A stretch of 64,000 nt of DNA from Verrucomicrobiaceae bacterium. Its GTDB lineage: Bacteria; Verrucomicrobiota; Verrucomicrobiia; Verrucomicrobiales; Akkermansiaceae. Both the position numbers and the translations under genes were made by a program. Positions within the stretch are counted from its first letter, which is position 1. Every line of letters starts with the position of its first letter. Shown here piece by piece: positions 47,259 to 55,992 of the stretch. Location: positions 256,001-320,000 of the forward strand of contig JBPOGH010000002.1 in assembly GCA_051252135.1 (NCBI GenBank), in the 5' to 3' direction. The notes beneath the pieces are model-generated. The model saw only the letters and a list, made by a program, of their open reading frames with translations, had not been told where the DNA came from and searched no databases.

Positions 47259-47284
47259 CGGGCGGCAGGCCTCTGACGTTATAT
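47160..47284 (+). repeat. attC recombination site (125 bp)
   Basis: R'' AGCGAAC, 5-bp spacer, L'' GGC(G)CTG / L' CAGGCC with extrahelical G, inner stems CCCGCTAC/GTAGCGGG and TCAGGA/TCCTGA, 6-bp spacer, R' GTTATAT. Confidence 0.8.
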
Positions 47285-47906
47285 GAAAAATTACATCACA
47301 CTGCTGGTTTTAGGATTGATCGCTTTTACGGGATCGGCGCGGGGGGATCGGGTGGTGGATACTTTTTCGGCGGGGTTGCCATCGAAGGAGGTGAGGGAAT
47401 CTTTTTCGGCACCGACGGCGACGCATTATGTGGCGTTTAAGAGTCATGCGGCGCTGGATCCAAAGTTGACGATGGGCGGGGCGCGGTCGGCTTCGATCAA
47501 CATCAAGAAGGGGAAGTCGATTGCGGGTGAGTTTGATGTGCGGGCGGGGATTTACCGGGTGAGGTATGCGAAGGGGTCGGGAGGTTGGGTGTTTTTGAGT
47601 TACAGCGGGCGGCGGGGGGAGGCGCGGAAGCTGGGGGCGGATTTGAGTGGGGAGGGGAGCATTGGGGTGAAGTTGAAGTCGGCTCCGGCGGAGGGGAAGT
47701 TGACGGTGACCTTGCACTCGGCGGGGAAGTTTCAGCAGGAGTCGGTGGCGGTGACGGGGGCGAAGGAGTATCGGTTTGCGTTGTCGAAGTATGAGGGGGT
47801 TGATCTTTCGAAGATTGATTCGATCAGTGTGGAGCTGCATGTGGTGGAGGCGAAGGAGGCGCTGAAGTTTGAGTTTTCATCGATCATGGTTTACTCGAAG
47901 AAATGA
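47283..47906 (+). CDS. Secreted hypothetical protein (beta-sandwich/CBM-like)
   Basis: Signal peptide; starts within R' of the attC; VDLSKIDSISV motif. Confidence 0.7.
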   Translation: MKNYITLLVLGLIAFTGSARGDRVVDTFSAGLPSKEVRESFSAPTATHYVAFKSHAALDPKLTMGGARSASINIKKGKSIAGEFDVRAGIYRVRYAKGSGGWVFLSYSGRRGEARKLGADLSGEGSIGVKLKSAPAEGKLTVTLHSAGKFQQESVAVTGAKEYRFALSKYEGVDLSKIDSISVELHVVEAKEALKFEFSSIMVYSKK

Positions 47907-48421
47907 GGGGGTTGTTTCCAGTGCTGGTGGCGGTTTTGATGGGGTCGTGCGCGAGGGGGCCGGATGGTGGGGATGCGGAGTTGGTGATGTGGCCGGGGAT
48001 GGAGATTGAGGCGACGACATCGCAGGGGACGATGCGGGTGTTGTCTGTGGATCGGATGAGGCGGCGCTATGTTTGGGAGGGGTATGATAAGACCTTTCGG
48101 CATCAGGAGCGGCGGACGCGGTGGGACGGGAGTTTGGGGATGTATCGGCCGCAGGGGGATGGGTCGATGCATGCGGTGTTGGAGGAAGGGCAGCAGCATT
48201 TTGGGTCGATGGAAGAGGCGCGGGGGTGGCTGGCGAAGAAGGGGCGATTTATGGATTACGTGTGGACGGAGGATGGGTTGGTGGTGGGATGGAAGGAGCA
48301 GGGTCGGCCGGGGGATGGGTTTGTGGCGCTGCATGTGGAGGTGTGGCAGATTTTGGTGAAGGGGGAGAAGCCGGAGATGCGGGGAGCGGCGCCCGGGCGG
48401 ATTCGGGTGGTTGGTGGGTGA
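47903..48421 (+). CDS. Hypothetical lipoprotein
   Basis: Lipobox-like LMGSC; ATGA overlap with the upstream gene. Confidence 0.65.
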   Translation: MRGLFPVLVAVLMGSCARGPDGGDAELVMWPGMEIEATTSQGTMRVLSVDRMRRRYVWEGYDKTFRHQERRTRWDGSLGMYRPQGDGSMHAVLEEGQQHFGSMEEARGWLAKKGRFMDYVWTEDGLVVGWKEQGRPGDGFVALHVEVWQILVKGEKPEMRGAAPGRIRVVGG

Positions 48422-48486
48422 TGGGGAGGATCGGGAGGGGTCATTCGGCACTCGCAGAGTCTTCAAAGGTGGTTTAGAATGGAGGC

Positions 48487-48693
48487 ATGACACAGATTTC
48501 AGAATTACGCCGAGCGGCAACCGAACTCTCGACGTCTGAGCGTGCGGAGTTGGCTGAGTTCCTCCTAGGGACGCTCGATGAGGCTCACTGCGTTGTTGAT
48601 GATGCGGAGGTTGTGCGTCGTTCGGAGGAGCTGGATTCGGGAGTTGTTCGAGGGTTGCCCCGTGAAGAGTTTACGCGTGGGTGCGGGCACTAA
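48487..48693 (+). CDS. Orphan addiction module antitoxin
   Basis: LSTSERAELAEFLLGTLD...EVVRRSEELDSG; similar to 46023..46232. Confidence 0.78.
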   Translation: MTQISELRRAATELSTSERAELAEFLLGTLDEAHCVVDDAEVVRRSEELDSGVVRGLPREEFTRGCGH

Positions 48694-48797
48694 ATTCTTG
48701 TGATGGAAGGGGTTTTTCATCCGCGAGGTGTTGGTTGGAGGGTGTTTTTTTTCTCTTAATGGCTCGGAGGCTGGTGGGGATTGGGTAAGCTCGGGAT

Positions 48798-49502
48798 GTG
48801 AAACATTTTTCCCGATGGTTATGGGTTGTGGCGGGTTTGGCGGTGGTGGTGGGAGTTTGGTTGATGAAGGACGGGGTGGTGGGGAGTGAGGATGAAACGG
48901 GGGGTGCGATTGATTCGTTGGTGCCCGGGGATGGGGAGGAATTTCCGCGAGGGCAGAGGGTGCGGGAGCGGAGGGAGAGGGGAGATGAGGGGGTGTCGCG
49001 GGTTTGGGAGGAGGGGACGTATGAGCACAATTTGATTGGTGGGGTGATGGAGCCTTTTGATCAGGATGAGTTGGTGAGGCTGGCGGTGGAGCCGGGGAAA
49101 GATGTCTATCGGCTGACGGATTTGATTCACCGGGCGGCGGCGGAGAAGGATTTGCGGTTTCGGTATTTGGTGGAGCAGGAGAACCTGCGGGTGATCCCGG
49201 CGGTTGATCTGGCGGTGTCGGCTTACGATTATGCGGTGAACGGGAGTGAGGAGGCGTTGGATCACATTTTGGAGATTCACGGGAAGGAGGATCCGGGGAG
49301 TGATTCGGACTCGGTGGTGACGCTGAGCTACCTGGACGAGTGGGACCGGACGATGAAGGCTTACGAGACGCACTTTGCGCAGGGGACGGATGGGGCGGGA
49401 GGGGATGCGAAGTATGCGTTTAAGCTGAGACGGGAGTATTTGTTTCCGCATCATTTTCGGAAGTACGAGAAGCGGAAGGGGGGAGATGGTCGTGGTGATT
49501 AG
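48798..49502 (+). CDS. Membrane-anchored hypothetical protein
   Basis: N-terminal TM (LWVVAGLAVVVGVWLM); host-like codon usage. Confidence 0.62.
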   Translation: MKHFSRWLWVVAGLAVVVGVWLMKDGVVGSEDETGGAIDSLVPGDGEEFPRGQRVRERRERGDEGVSRVWEEGTYEHNLIGGVMEPFDQDELVRLAVEPGKDVYRLTDLIHRAAAEKDLRFRYLVEQENLRVIPAVDLAVSAYDYAVNGSEEALDHILEIHGKEDPGSDSDSVVTLSYLDEWDRTMKAYETHFAQGTDGAGGDAKYAFKLRREYLFPHHFRKYEKRKGGDGRGD

Positions 49503-49548
49503 GTGGGGTTTGTGATAGGGGTGGGGTTCTTCCCATTGAAGGGAACTT

Positions 49549-50097
49549 GTGATTATGAAGTGCTTGAGATCGATTGGTTTGTTTTTGTCGTTGGGGTTTG
49601 GGCTGCCTTGTTTTGGGGAGGAGGCTGGTGCGAAGCCGGTGGAGCTGGAGGTGGTGAAGGGGGCGATCGGGGTGTGGGACGGGGAGGTTGAGGTTTGGGC
49701 GGCGGGTCCGGACTCGGAGCCGATGACGATGACGACGGTGGAGACGAACCGGGCATTCGGGGAGTATTGGATTTCGTCTGATTTGGACACCAAGGTGAAC
49801 GGGCAGACGATGACGGTTCATGCGATTGTGGGTTACGATTTGGAGAAGGGTAAGTTGGTGGGGACGGTGGTGGATCATGGTCCGTATGCGGCGAGCATGA
49901 CGGGTGAGTATGATGCGGCAACGAAGACGGTTCACTGGACGACCAGGGCGAAGACTCCGGATGGAAGGGAGATGGTGCAGAAGACGACGGTGACGCAGAA
50001 GAGTGCGGACGAGCGGGTGCTGGTGTTATCGATGAAGGCCGGGGCGGGGGAGGGGTTTGTGAAGTTTATGCGGATTCGTTATTTGAAGCGGAAATGA
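49549..50097 (+). CDS. DUF1579-like secreted protein
   Basis: Signal peptide; IGVWD, GYD..KGK.VGT.VD, M.I.Y at the C-terminus. Confidence 0.72.
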   Translation: MIMKCLRSIGLFLSLGFGLPCFGEEAGAKPVELEVVKGAIGVWDGEVEVWAAGPDSEPMTMTTVETNRAFGEYWISSDLDTKVNGQTMTVHAIVGYDLEKGKLVGTVVDHGPYAASMTGEYDAATKTVHWTTRAKTPDGREMVQKTTVTQKSADERVLVLSMKAGAGEGFVKFMRIRYLKRK

Positions 50098-50537
50098 AAC
50101 TGGTTGCGATCAGTGAGGAAGGGACGCCGGCGGAGGCGATTGGGGAATTGCCGGAGATTGCGAAGCAGGTGATGGCGTCGTGTGCGGCGATGGCAGGGGA
50201 GAAGGAATATGTTCTGCCCTGGGTGGGTTATTTGGCGGTGGAGGGTGGGGTTTGTGTGGGGACGTGTGCCTTTAAATCGGCTCCGGTGGATGGGCGGGTG
50301 GAGATTGCTTACTTTACCTTTCCGGGGGTGGAGGGGCGTGGGGTGGCGACGCGGATGGGACGGGGGTTGTTGAGGGTGGCGGGGGAGGAGGTTCGGATTT
50401 TTGCGCAAACGCTGCCGGAGGAGGGGGCATCGACGCGGGTGCTGGAGAAGCTGGGATTTAGGAAAGCGGGAGAGGTTGAGCATCCGGAGGATGGCTTGGT
50501 GTGGGAATGGGAGCGGGGGGACGATTTTGAGGGTTAG
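50094..50537 (+). CDS. GNAT N-acetyltransferase (RimJ-like)
   Basis: VEIAY..FP..EGRGVAT, ASTRVLEKLGF. Confidence 0.88.
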   Translation: MKLVAISEEGTPAEAIGELPEIAKQVMASCAAMAGEKEYVLPWVGYLAVEGGVCVGTCAFKSAPVDGRVEIAYFTFPGVEGRGVATRMGRGLLRVAGEEVRIFAQTLPEEGASTRVLEKLGFRKAGEVEHPEDGLVWEWERGDDFEG

Positions 50538-50560
50538 ATTTTTAGGTGAGTGGTAGTAGT
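50533..50560 (+). promoter_or_regulatory. Candidate ECF sigma promoter, copy 1 (autoregulatory)
   Basis: GTTAGA-16bp-AGTAGT, 10 nt upstream of the sigma ATG. Confidence 0.6.
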
Positions 50561-50570
50561 TGGGCGAAGG

Positions 50571-51125
50571 ATGTCTTTGAAACGCACAGATGAGGAACCA
50601 CCGGCGGATCGCTACGAGCTATTCGTGCGGAGATTTGCGCGTTATGAGCCTGATCTGAGGCGGTTTATCCGGTCGTTGCTGCCGACGGCGGTGGATACGG
50701 ATGAGGTGCTGCAGCAGACGGCGATTGTGATCTGGCGGAAGTTTGATCTCTATGATCCGGAGACGCCCTTTATGAAGTGGGCGTGTGTGATCGGGCGCTT
50801 TGAGGCGCTGGCGTATCGGCGGAAGATGGCGCGGGACCGGCTGGTGTTTCGCGAGGAAGTGTTCGATTTGATGGCGGACGAGGGGATTGATGATTTGGCG
50901 GGGCGGGACGATGAGCATCTGGCGCTGGAGTCGTGTATGCAGGAGATGACGGAGCGGCAGCGGAAGTTTTTGATTTTGGCGTATACGCCGGGGGTGAAGG
51001 TGAAGGAGCTGGCCGAGGAGGCGGGATCGTCTGCGGCGGCGTTTTATATGCGATTGAAGCGGCTGCGCCGGCAGTTGATGATTTGTATGGAGTCGAAGAC
51101 ACAACAGGAGAATTTAGAATCATGA
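50571..51125 (+). CDS. ECF RNA polymerase sigma factor (Rhodopirellula/Verrucomicrobium type)
   Basis: LRRFIRSLL, DEVLQQT..VIWRKF, F.KWAC.I.RF, ALESC, Y.RL.RLR..L..C. Confidence 0.92.
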   Translation: MSLKRTDEEPPADRYELFVRRFARYEPDLRRFIRSLLPTAVDTDEVLQQTAIVIWRKFDLYDPETPFMKWACVIGRFEALAYRRKMARDRLVFREEVFDLMADEGIDDLAGRDDEHLALESCMQEMTERQRKFLILAYTPGVKVKELAEEAGSSAAAFYMRLKRLRRQLMICMESKTQQENLES

Positions 51126-52789
51126 GTGGAGCAAATTTCAAGAACCTCAGCGAGGAGGAGAAGGATTGGTTGGACGGCTATCTTGATGGCACGATCAGCG
51201 CGGCGGATTTTGCGGCGATGCAGGATCGGATGGTGGAGAGTCCGGGCTTCCGGGAGGTGATGCGGCGTTATTTGCTGGTGGATGATTTCCTGCGGAGCGG
51301 TGCGGAGGATGCGGGTTCTCCCTGGCAGGCGGTGGATGAAGAGGGGCGGATGCCGGAGAAGGGGGCGATATTGAGATTTCCCAATATGGTTCAGCTGGGG
51401 ATGGCGGCAGCGGTGGCCTTTGTGTTGGGGCTGACGCTGATGTATGTGTTTTCCAAGCCGGAAGCGGCGGTGGCCTCCGGGGATCCGATCAAGCCATCGG
51501 TGAAGTCCTTTGCGGAGGGGTTTGCGGTGGTGGAGAGTCTGATGGGGGCGACGTGGCCGGAGGGTGATGCGGGTCATGATGAGGGGGATACGCTGGGGAC
51601 CGAGGTGTTCCGGATTGCGGGCGGGGCGGCGGAGATTCAGTTTTTCTCAGGGGCGACGATGACGGTGGAGGGGCCGGCGGAGATTTCGCTGAAGTCGGCA
51701 TGGGAGGCATATTGTCTGGAGGGTGCGGTGCGGATGCAGGTGCCTCCGGCGGCGCGCGGGTTTATTTTGAATTCGCCCTCGACAGAGATTGTTGATTTGG
51801 GGACGGAGTTCGGTCTCGTGGTGCGCGGGGGAGAGGGGCACGTGGAGGTTTTTGACGGGGAGATTGAATTGACGCACCGGGATGAGGGGACGCAGTTGCT
51901 GACGAAGGGGGCGGCGCGCGAGTTGCAGTCGGACGGGCCGTCGGTGGAGTCGGCGAGCGGGACGGTTGATTTTCCGGATTCGGGGAGGTTTCAGCTGCAT
52001 GCGCGGGACAAGCGGATGGGAGATTTTGAGCGGTGGCTGGAGCACCGTGATGCGGTATCGCGTGATGAGCGCTTGATTGCCTATTATTCCTTTGAGCGTG
52101 AGGAACAGAATCCTCTGGTGCCGAATCTGGGGCTTCCGCGCGATGCGGAGTTGGATGGGGCGGTGATTTTAGCGGAGCCGGTGGATGGTCGCTGGCCGGG
52201 GTTGAGCTCGGCGCTGGAATTCCGGCGTCCGGGAGCGCGGGTGCGGGTAAACATTCCGGGTGAGTTTTCGGCCTACACCTTTTCCTGTTGGGTGAGGATT
52301 GATAGTCTGGACCGGATGTACAGTGCGCTGTTCATGGGTGACGGGTATGAGAACGGAGAGCCGCACTGGCAGATTGAGGATAGCGGGCGGCTGATGCTTT
52401 CGGTGATGGTGGATGATACGAAAACCCATCCGGAAAACGATGAGTCGCGTTTTCACCATGTTTATTATTCCCCACCAATTTGGGATCTGTCGATGAGCGG
52501 GGAGTGGATTCACCTGACGTCGACCTTTAGTCCGGCGAAGCGGGAGGTTTGCCATTACGTGAATGGGGAGCGGATTTCGAGAGAGGAGATCAAGGATTTG
52601 TTCTTTGTAGAGCAGCTGCGGATCGGGAATGGGGAGATTGGCAACTGGGGGCAGCCCTTCCGGGAGGATCCGAGTTTTACGATCCGGAATTTGAGCGGAC
52701 GGATGGATGAGCTGGCAATTTATGGTGCGGCGTTGAGCGAGGGCGAGGTGAGGGCGCTCTTTGAGGGGAGTCGCTCGCGGAGTCGGTGA
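51122..52789 (+). CDS. Anti-sigma factor: N-terminal ASD + TM + FecR + LamG domain
   Basis: YLDG.IS; TM; F.SGA...VEGPA; VDLGTEFG..V; LamG (WIHL, GRMDELAIY); ATGA overlap with the sigma gene. Confidence 0.88.
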   Translation: MSGANFKNLSEEEKDWLDGYLDGTISAADFAAMQDRMVESPGFREVMRRYLLVDDFLRSGAEDAGSPWQAVDEEGRMPEKGAILRFPNMVQLGMAAAVAFVLGLTLMYVFSKPEAAVASGDPIKPSVKSFAEGFAVVESLMGATWPEGDAGHDEGDTLGTEVFRIAGGAAEIQFFSGATMTVEGPAEISLKSAWEAYCLEGAVRMQVPPAARGFILNSPSTEIVDLGTEFGLVVRGGEGHVEVFDGEIELTHRDEGTQLLTKGAARELQSDGPSVESASGTVDFPDSGRFQLHARDKRMGDFERWLEHRDAVSRDERLIAYYSFEREEQNPLVPNLGLPRDAELDGAVILAEPVDGRWPGLSSALEFRRPGARVRVNIPGEFSAYTFSCWVRIDSLDRMYSALFMGDGYENGEPHWQIEDSGRLMLSVMVDDTKTHPENDESRFHHVYYSPPIWDLSMSGEWIHLTSTFSPAKREVCHYVNGERISREEIKDLFFVEQLRIGNGEIGNWGQPFREDPSFTIRNLSGRMDELAIYGAALSEGEVRALFEGSRSRSR

Positions 52790-52807
52790 TTTTTTTTCCG
52801 GGAGGAC

Positions 52808-52835
52808 GTTAGAATTTTCCGGAGTTGGAAGTGAT
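52808..52835 (+). promoter_or_regulatory. Candidate ECF sigma promoter, copy 2
   Basis: GTTAGA-16bp-AGTGAT upstream of the PEP-CTERM/LamG/CotH genes. Confidence 0.6.
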
Positions 52836-52943
52836 AGGGTGATCTGACTCTTTATCAGCCAATGATTTGCTGTCGGATGGGGTTCTTTCCCCGTGACAAG
52901 AAACGTTCCTGGGCCTACTCCTTTAGTGTTAATTCCATCGATT

Positions 52944-53645
52944 ATGAAAACAATGCACACATTGATCGCGCTGCCACTTGTGGCAGGACTTGTCGGCTCG
53001 GCCCACGCCGTGACGGCACTTATTGACTTCGGGACGGCGAACGCGCCGAGTCCCTACAATACGGTTCCAATCACCTTCGGCGCGGACGCGGATACGGGCA
53101 TTGTGGCATTGAATGATACGAGCTCTGCGGCGACCGGGTGGTCGGTGAATGTGAGTGAGACGGGGACCGGCAATGGCGGAAATGCCGGTGCGGGGGCGAA
53201 TGTTTCCTCATTTCCGGCGTCACTTTCGAGTTATGCGGCGGAGGCGTTGCAAGACAGTATTTATGCCAACCAAGGAGGAGGGACGACACCCTCGATGGTG
53301 CTGACCTTGTCCGGGTTGAACAGCGCGCTTACCTACGACCTTTTGCTGTATGGATCACGTGCCAACGGTCAGGGAGTGGATCAAATTTGGAACATCACCC
53401 AGGGAACGGGTGGTGCGACGGTGACGCATTTTTCGGAACTCAATGATACCACGGTGGTTGATTGGCAGGGAGTGAGTCCGAATGGGTCGGGAGTGATCGA
53501 GGTGAGCATTACCGCTGGTGCGGATGCGGCGGGTGCATTGGCACTGAACTTCGGGTCGATCACGGAGAATGCGATTCCGGAGCCGTCTGCCGGATTACTT
53601 TGTGCGCTTGCCGGTCTGGCGCTGGTGAAACGTCGCCGTTCCTAG
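52944..53645 (+). CDS. PEP-CTERM sorting domain protein
   Basis: Signal peptide; ends IPEPSAGLLCALAGLALVKRRRS. Confidence 0.92.
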   Translation: MKTMHTLIALPLVAGLVGSAHAVTALIDFGTANAPSPYNTVPITFGADADTGIVALNDTSSAATGWSVNVSETGTGNGGNAGAGANVSSFPASLSSYAAEALQDSIYANQGGGTTPSMVLTLSGLNSALTYDLLLYGSRANGQGVDQIWNITQGTGGATVTHFSELNDTTVVDWQGVSPNGSGVIEVSITAGADAAGALALNFGSITENAIPEPSAGLLCALAGLALVKRRRS

Positions 53646-53691
53646 GATTTTATTTTCAGGCTATTTTTTCAAAATCAACCAATCCAGATCC

Positions 53692-55986
53692 ATGAAACAC
53701 ACATTTGCAACCTACCTGCTCCCGGCAGTGATTACGGTCCTGCCTGTCCAGGGCAAGTTGGCCGCCTGGTATCCGCTCGATGAGACCCAGAGTTCAACGA
53801 CCGTTACGGAAAATGTCTCCGGCACGCCCACTACTCTTGCCGGGTTTGACGTCGACCCGTCCATCACCGCGATCCTCAAGGGTCATCTGTCGGCTTCCCA
53901 AGCCCTTGGCACCTCCTATCTTTTGAACGACGCCGATAACAATGCGGGGGCGTTCAACCTTGGGACAAGCGCGGCCGTGCAGCCGGTGGACCAGTTCACG
54001 TTTACGTGCTTTATCCAACCTTCCAGTTTCAATGCTTATGACCGGATTTTTGAGTCACTTGATGGAAATTTGAATACCTTGCGCGGAATCCGGATCGATC
54101 TTGGCGCATCGGGGAATCAAGTGCGCTTTCTTGTCCGTGACGGGTCGGGTGCGACGGCCCAGACATCCCACCCGCTTGTCCTTCAAAATGACGGGTCGTG
54201 GTATTTTTGTGCGTTCCGCTACGATTCGGCGAGCGCGGATTCCACTCCACTTCGGGTCACGGTTTTGAAGCTTGATGGTTCGGTGATCGACGAAGCTGCG
54301 ATCGGTGCGGCAACAGTCGGGCCGGCTACAGTGGGGACCGGAGCGCTTACCGCTCCCCATAGTCAGGCCTCTGTGATTGGCTCCAGTTCTCCCGACGGTG
54401 GTCCATTTGCCCTGGATGGGGCGATTGATGAGTTGGCGATTTACGATAACTCCGACGGGAATGGTGTGTTGTCCAATGAGCAACTCGCGACCAACGCCCA
54501 GGTTGGGCCTTCGGGGGTTGAGCTGATTACGGCATTCGCAAGTGATACCTTGAGTGTTTCCCCTGGAAATCCGGTGACCTTCAACTGGACCATCACCGAG
54601 CCCTTCGATTCTCTTGTTCTTGAAGACGAGAGCGGCAATTCCACCGATTTGGTTCCTTTGACTGCAGGTGGTTCGGGGTCGACCACGGCCTCTCCTTCTG
54701 AAACGACGACTTACTATCTGAAGGGGGTCAATGGAGACGTGGAAAACACCCATGCGATCAAGATTCTTTCCGGAGCAGCTCCGGAGATTACGAATTTTGG
54801 TGCATCGAGCGCGGTGGTGCAGACCGGTTCCAACGTTGATCTCAGTTGGGTGGTTGTTGGTGCAGACACGGTCACGCTGGATCCCGGTGCGACCGATGTG
54901 ACAGCGCTCACCACGACAACGATTGCTATTAACGAAACCACGACCTTCACCCTTTCCGCGACGAATAGCTTCGGAACGACGACTGCGGATGTGACGGTTT
55001 CCTCCTTTAGCGGAGTGGTGCCAGCGCATCTTTACAATGCCGGGACCGAGACCAACACCGATGGCACTTGGTTTGACCAGGTTGATGTCAAAAACCTGAA
55101 TGCCAGTGGTCTGATCCGCCTGGCTCCTTTGACAACGGAAAGTCCCAACACGAATATTACCGGCGCGTATCTTGCGGAGAGCGCGGGTGTGGGAGCAAGC
55201 GTGGGTGCATATCAGTTTGCCCAATCCACCTTTGAGATTTGGCTTCGTCCGGGTGCGGTGACGGCAGATCATGGTGTGATCTTTGAGACCGGTGGTGGAC
55301 AGAACGGACTTGCGGCCTTGTTGAATCAAAATGGTCTCCGGTTTATTGGAAGTGCCGGAAACGTGAGAAACCTGGACCTTGTGGTTCCTCTTGCCGGTTT
55401 GAACATGGAGGACTTCATCCAGGTGGTGTTCTCACATGATACGGCCACTGATTCCTTCGCGGTTTCGGTGCGTGACACCTTTGGTGCGGTGCGGACAGCG
55501 ACTGAAACTGCCGCAGTGATCATGGGAGGAAATGGGGCGGTGGTCTTTGCCTGGGGAGCGGGCGCAGTGGGTGGAAGTGAAAACAATCTCGGAGGAAACA
55601 CCGAACTCCCGGGAGCTACTCCGGAGGGGCTCACGAGTTTCCTTGGTGAGATTGCGATCATCAATGTTTACGATCAGATTCTGGACGCCACCCAGATCAA
55701 GGCAGCCTTTGACTCGGTCGCGACGATCACGGCACCTCCAGCAGGTGGCTTGAATGCAGTCACGGCGATCGCATTCGATGGAGCGTCGACAGTCACGCTT
55801 ACGTGGAACTCCCAGAACGGAACAACTTACGACGCCGAGTTTTCCACCAGTCTGGAGGACGGTTCATGGTTCCCGCTGGAACAGGTGGTCACGGCGACGG
55901 CCAATGTGACGACCCATGGTTTCACCATTCCTCCCAATCAGGAGAAGTTCTTCCTGAGAATCATCGAAGCGACCCCTGAACCCTAG
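53692..55986 (+). CDS. Secreted LamG / Ig-like multidomain protein
   Basis: Signal peptide; AWYPLDE, GAIDELAIY, GEIAIINVY; Ig-like repeats (TTFTLSATN); C-terminal FFLRI domain. Confidence 0.82.
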   Translation: MKHTFATYLLPAVITVLPVQGKLAAWYPLDETQSSTTVTENVSGTPTTLAGFDVDPSITAILKGHLSASQALGTSYLLNDADNNAGAFNLGTSAAVQPVDQFTFTCFIQPSSFNAYDRIFESLDGNLNTLRGIRIDLGASGNQVRFLVRDGSGATAQTSHPLVLQNDGSWYFCAFRYDSASADSTPLRVTVLKLDGSVIDEAAIGAATVGPATVGTGALTAPHSQASVIGSSSPDGGPFALDGAIDELAIYDNSDGNGVLSNEQLATNAQVGPSGVELITAFASDTLSVSPGNPVTFNWTITEPFDSLVLEDESGNSTDLVPLTAGGSGSTTASPSETTTYYLKGVNGDVENTHAIKILSGAAPEITNFGASSAVVQTGSNVDLSWVVVGADTVTLDPGATDVTALTTTTIAINETTTFTLSATNSFGTTTADVTVSSFSGVVPAHLYNAGTETNTDGTWFDQVDVKNLNASGLIRLAPLTTESPNTNITGAYLAESAGVGASVGAYQFAQSTFEIWLRPGAVTADHGVIFETGGGQNGLAALLNQNGLRFIGSAGNVRNLDLVVPLAGLNMEDFIQVVFSHDTATDSFAVSVRDTFGAVRTATETAAVIMGGNGAVVFAWGAGAVGGSENNLGGNTELPGATPEGLTSFLGEIAIINVYDQILDATQIKAAFDSVATITAPPAGGLNAVTAIAFDGASTVTLTWNSQNGTTYDAEFSTSLEDGSWFPLEQVVTATANVTTHGFTIPPNQEKFFLRIIEATPEP

Positions 55987-55992
55987 GTTATC

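Noticed and set aside
47906..50100. Further attC sites after the downstream small genes
   Set aside because: No AAC...GTT palindromes found; genes overlap by ATGA or have short G-rich spacers, so cassette origin cannot be supported.
55972..55986. LamG protein ends in TPEP, like a PEP-CTERM motif
   Set aside because: Stop follows immediately, with no TM helix or basic tail; probably coincidental.
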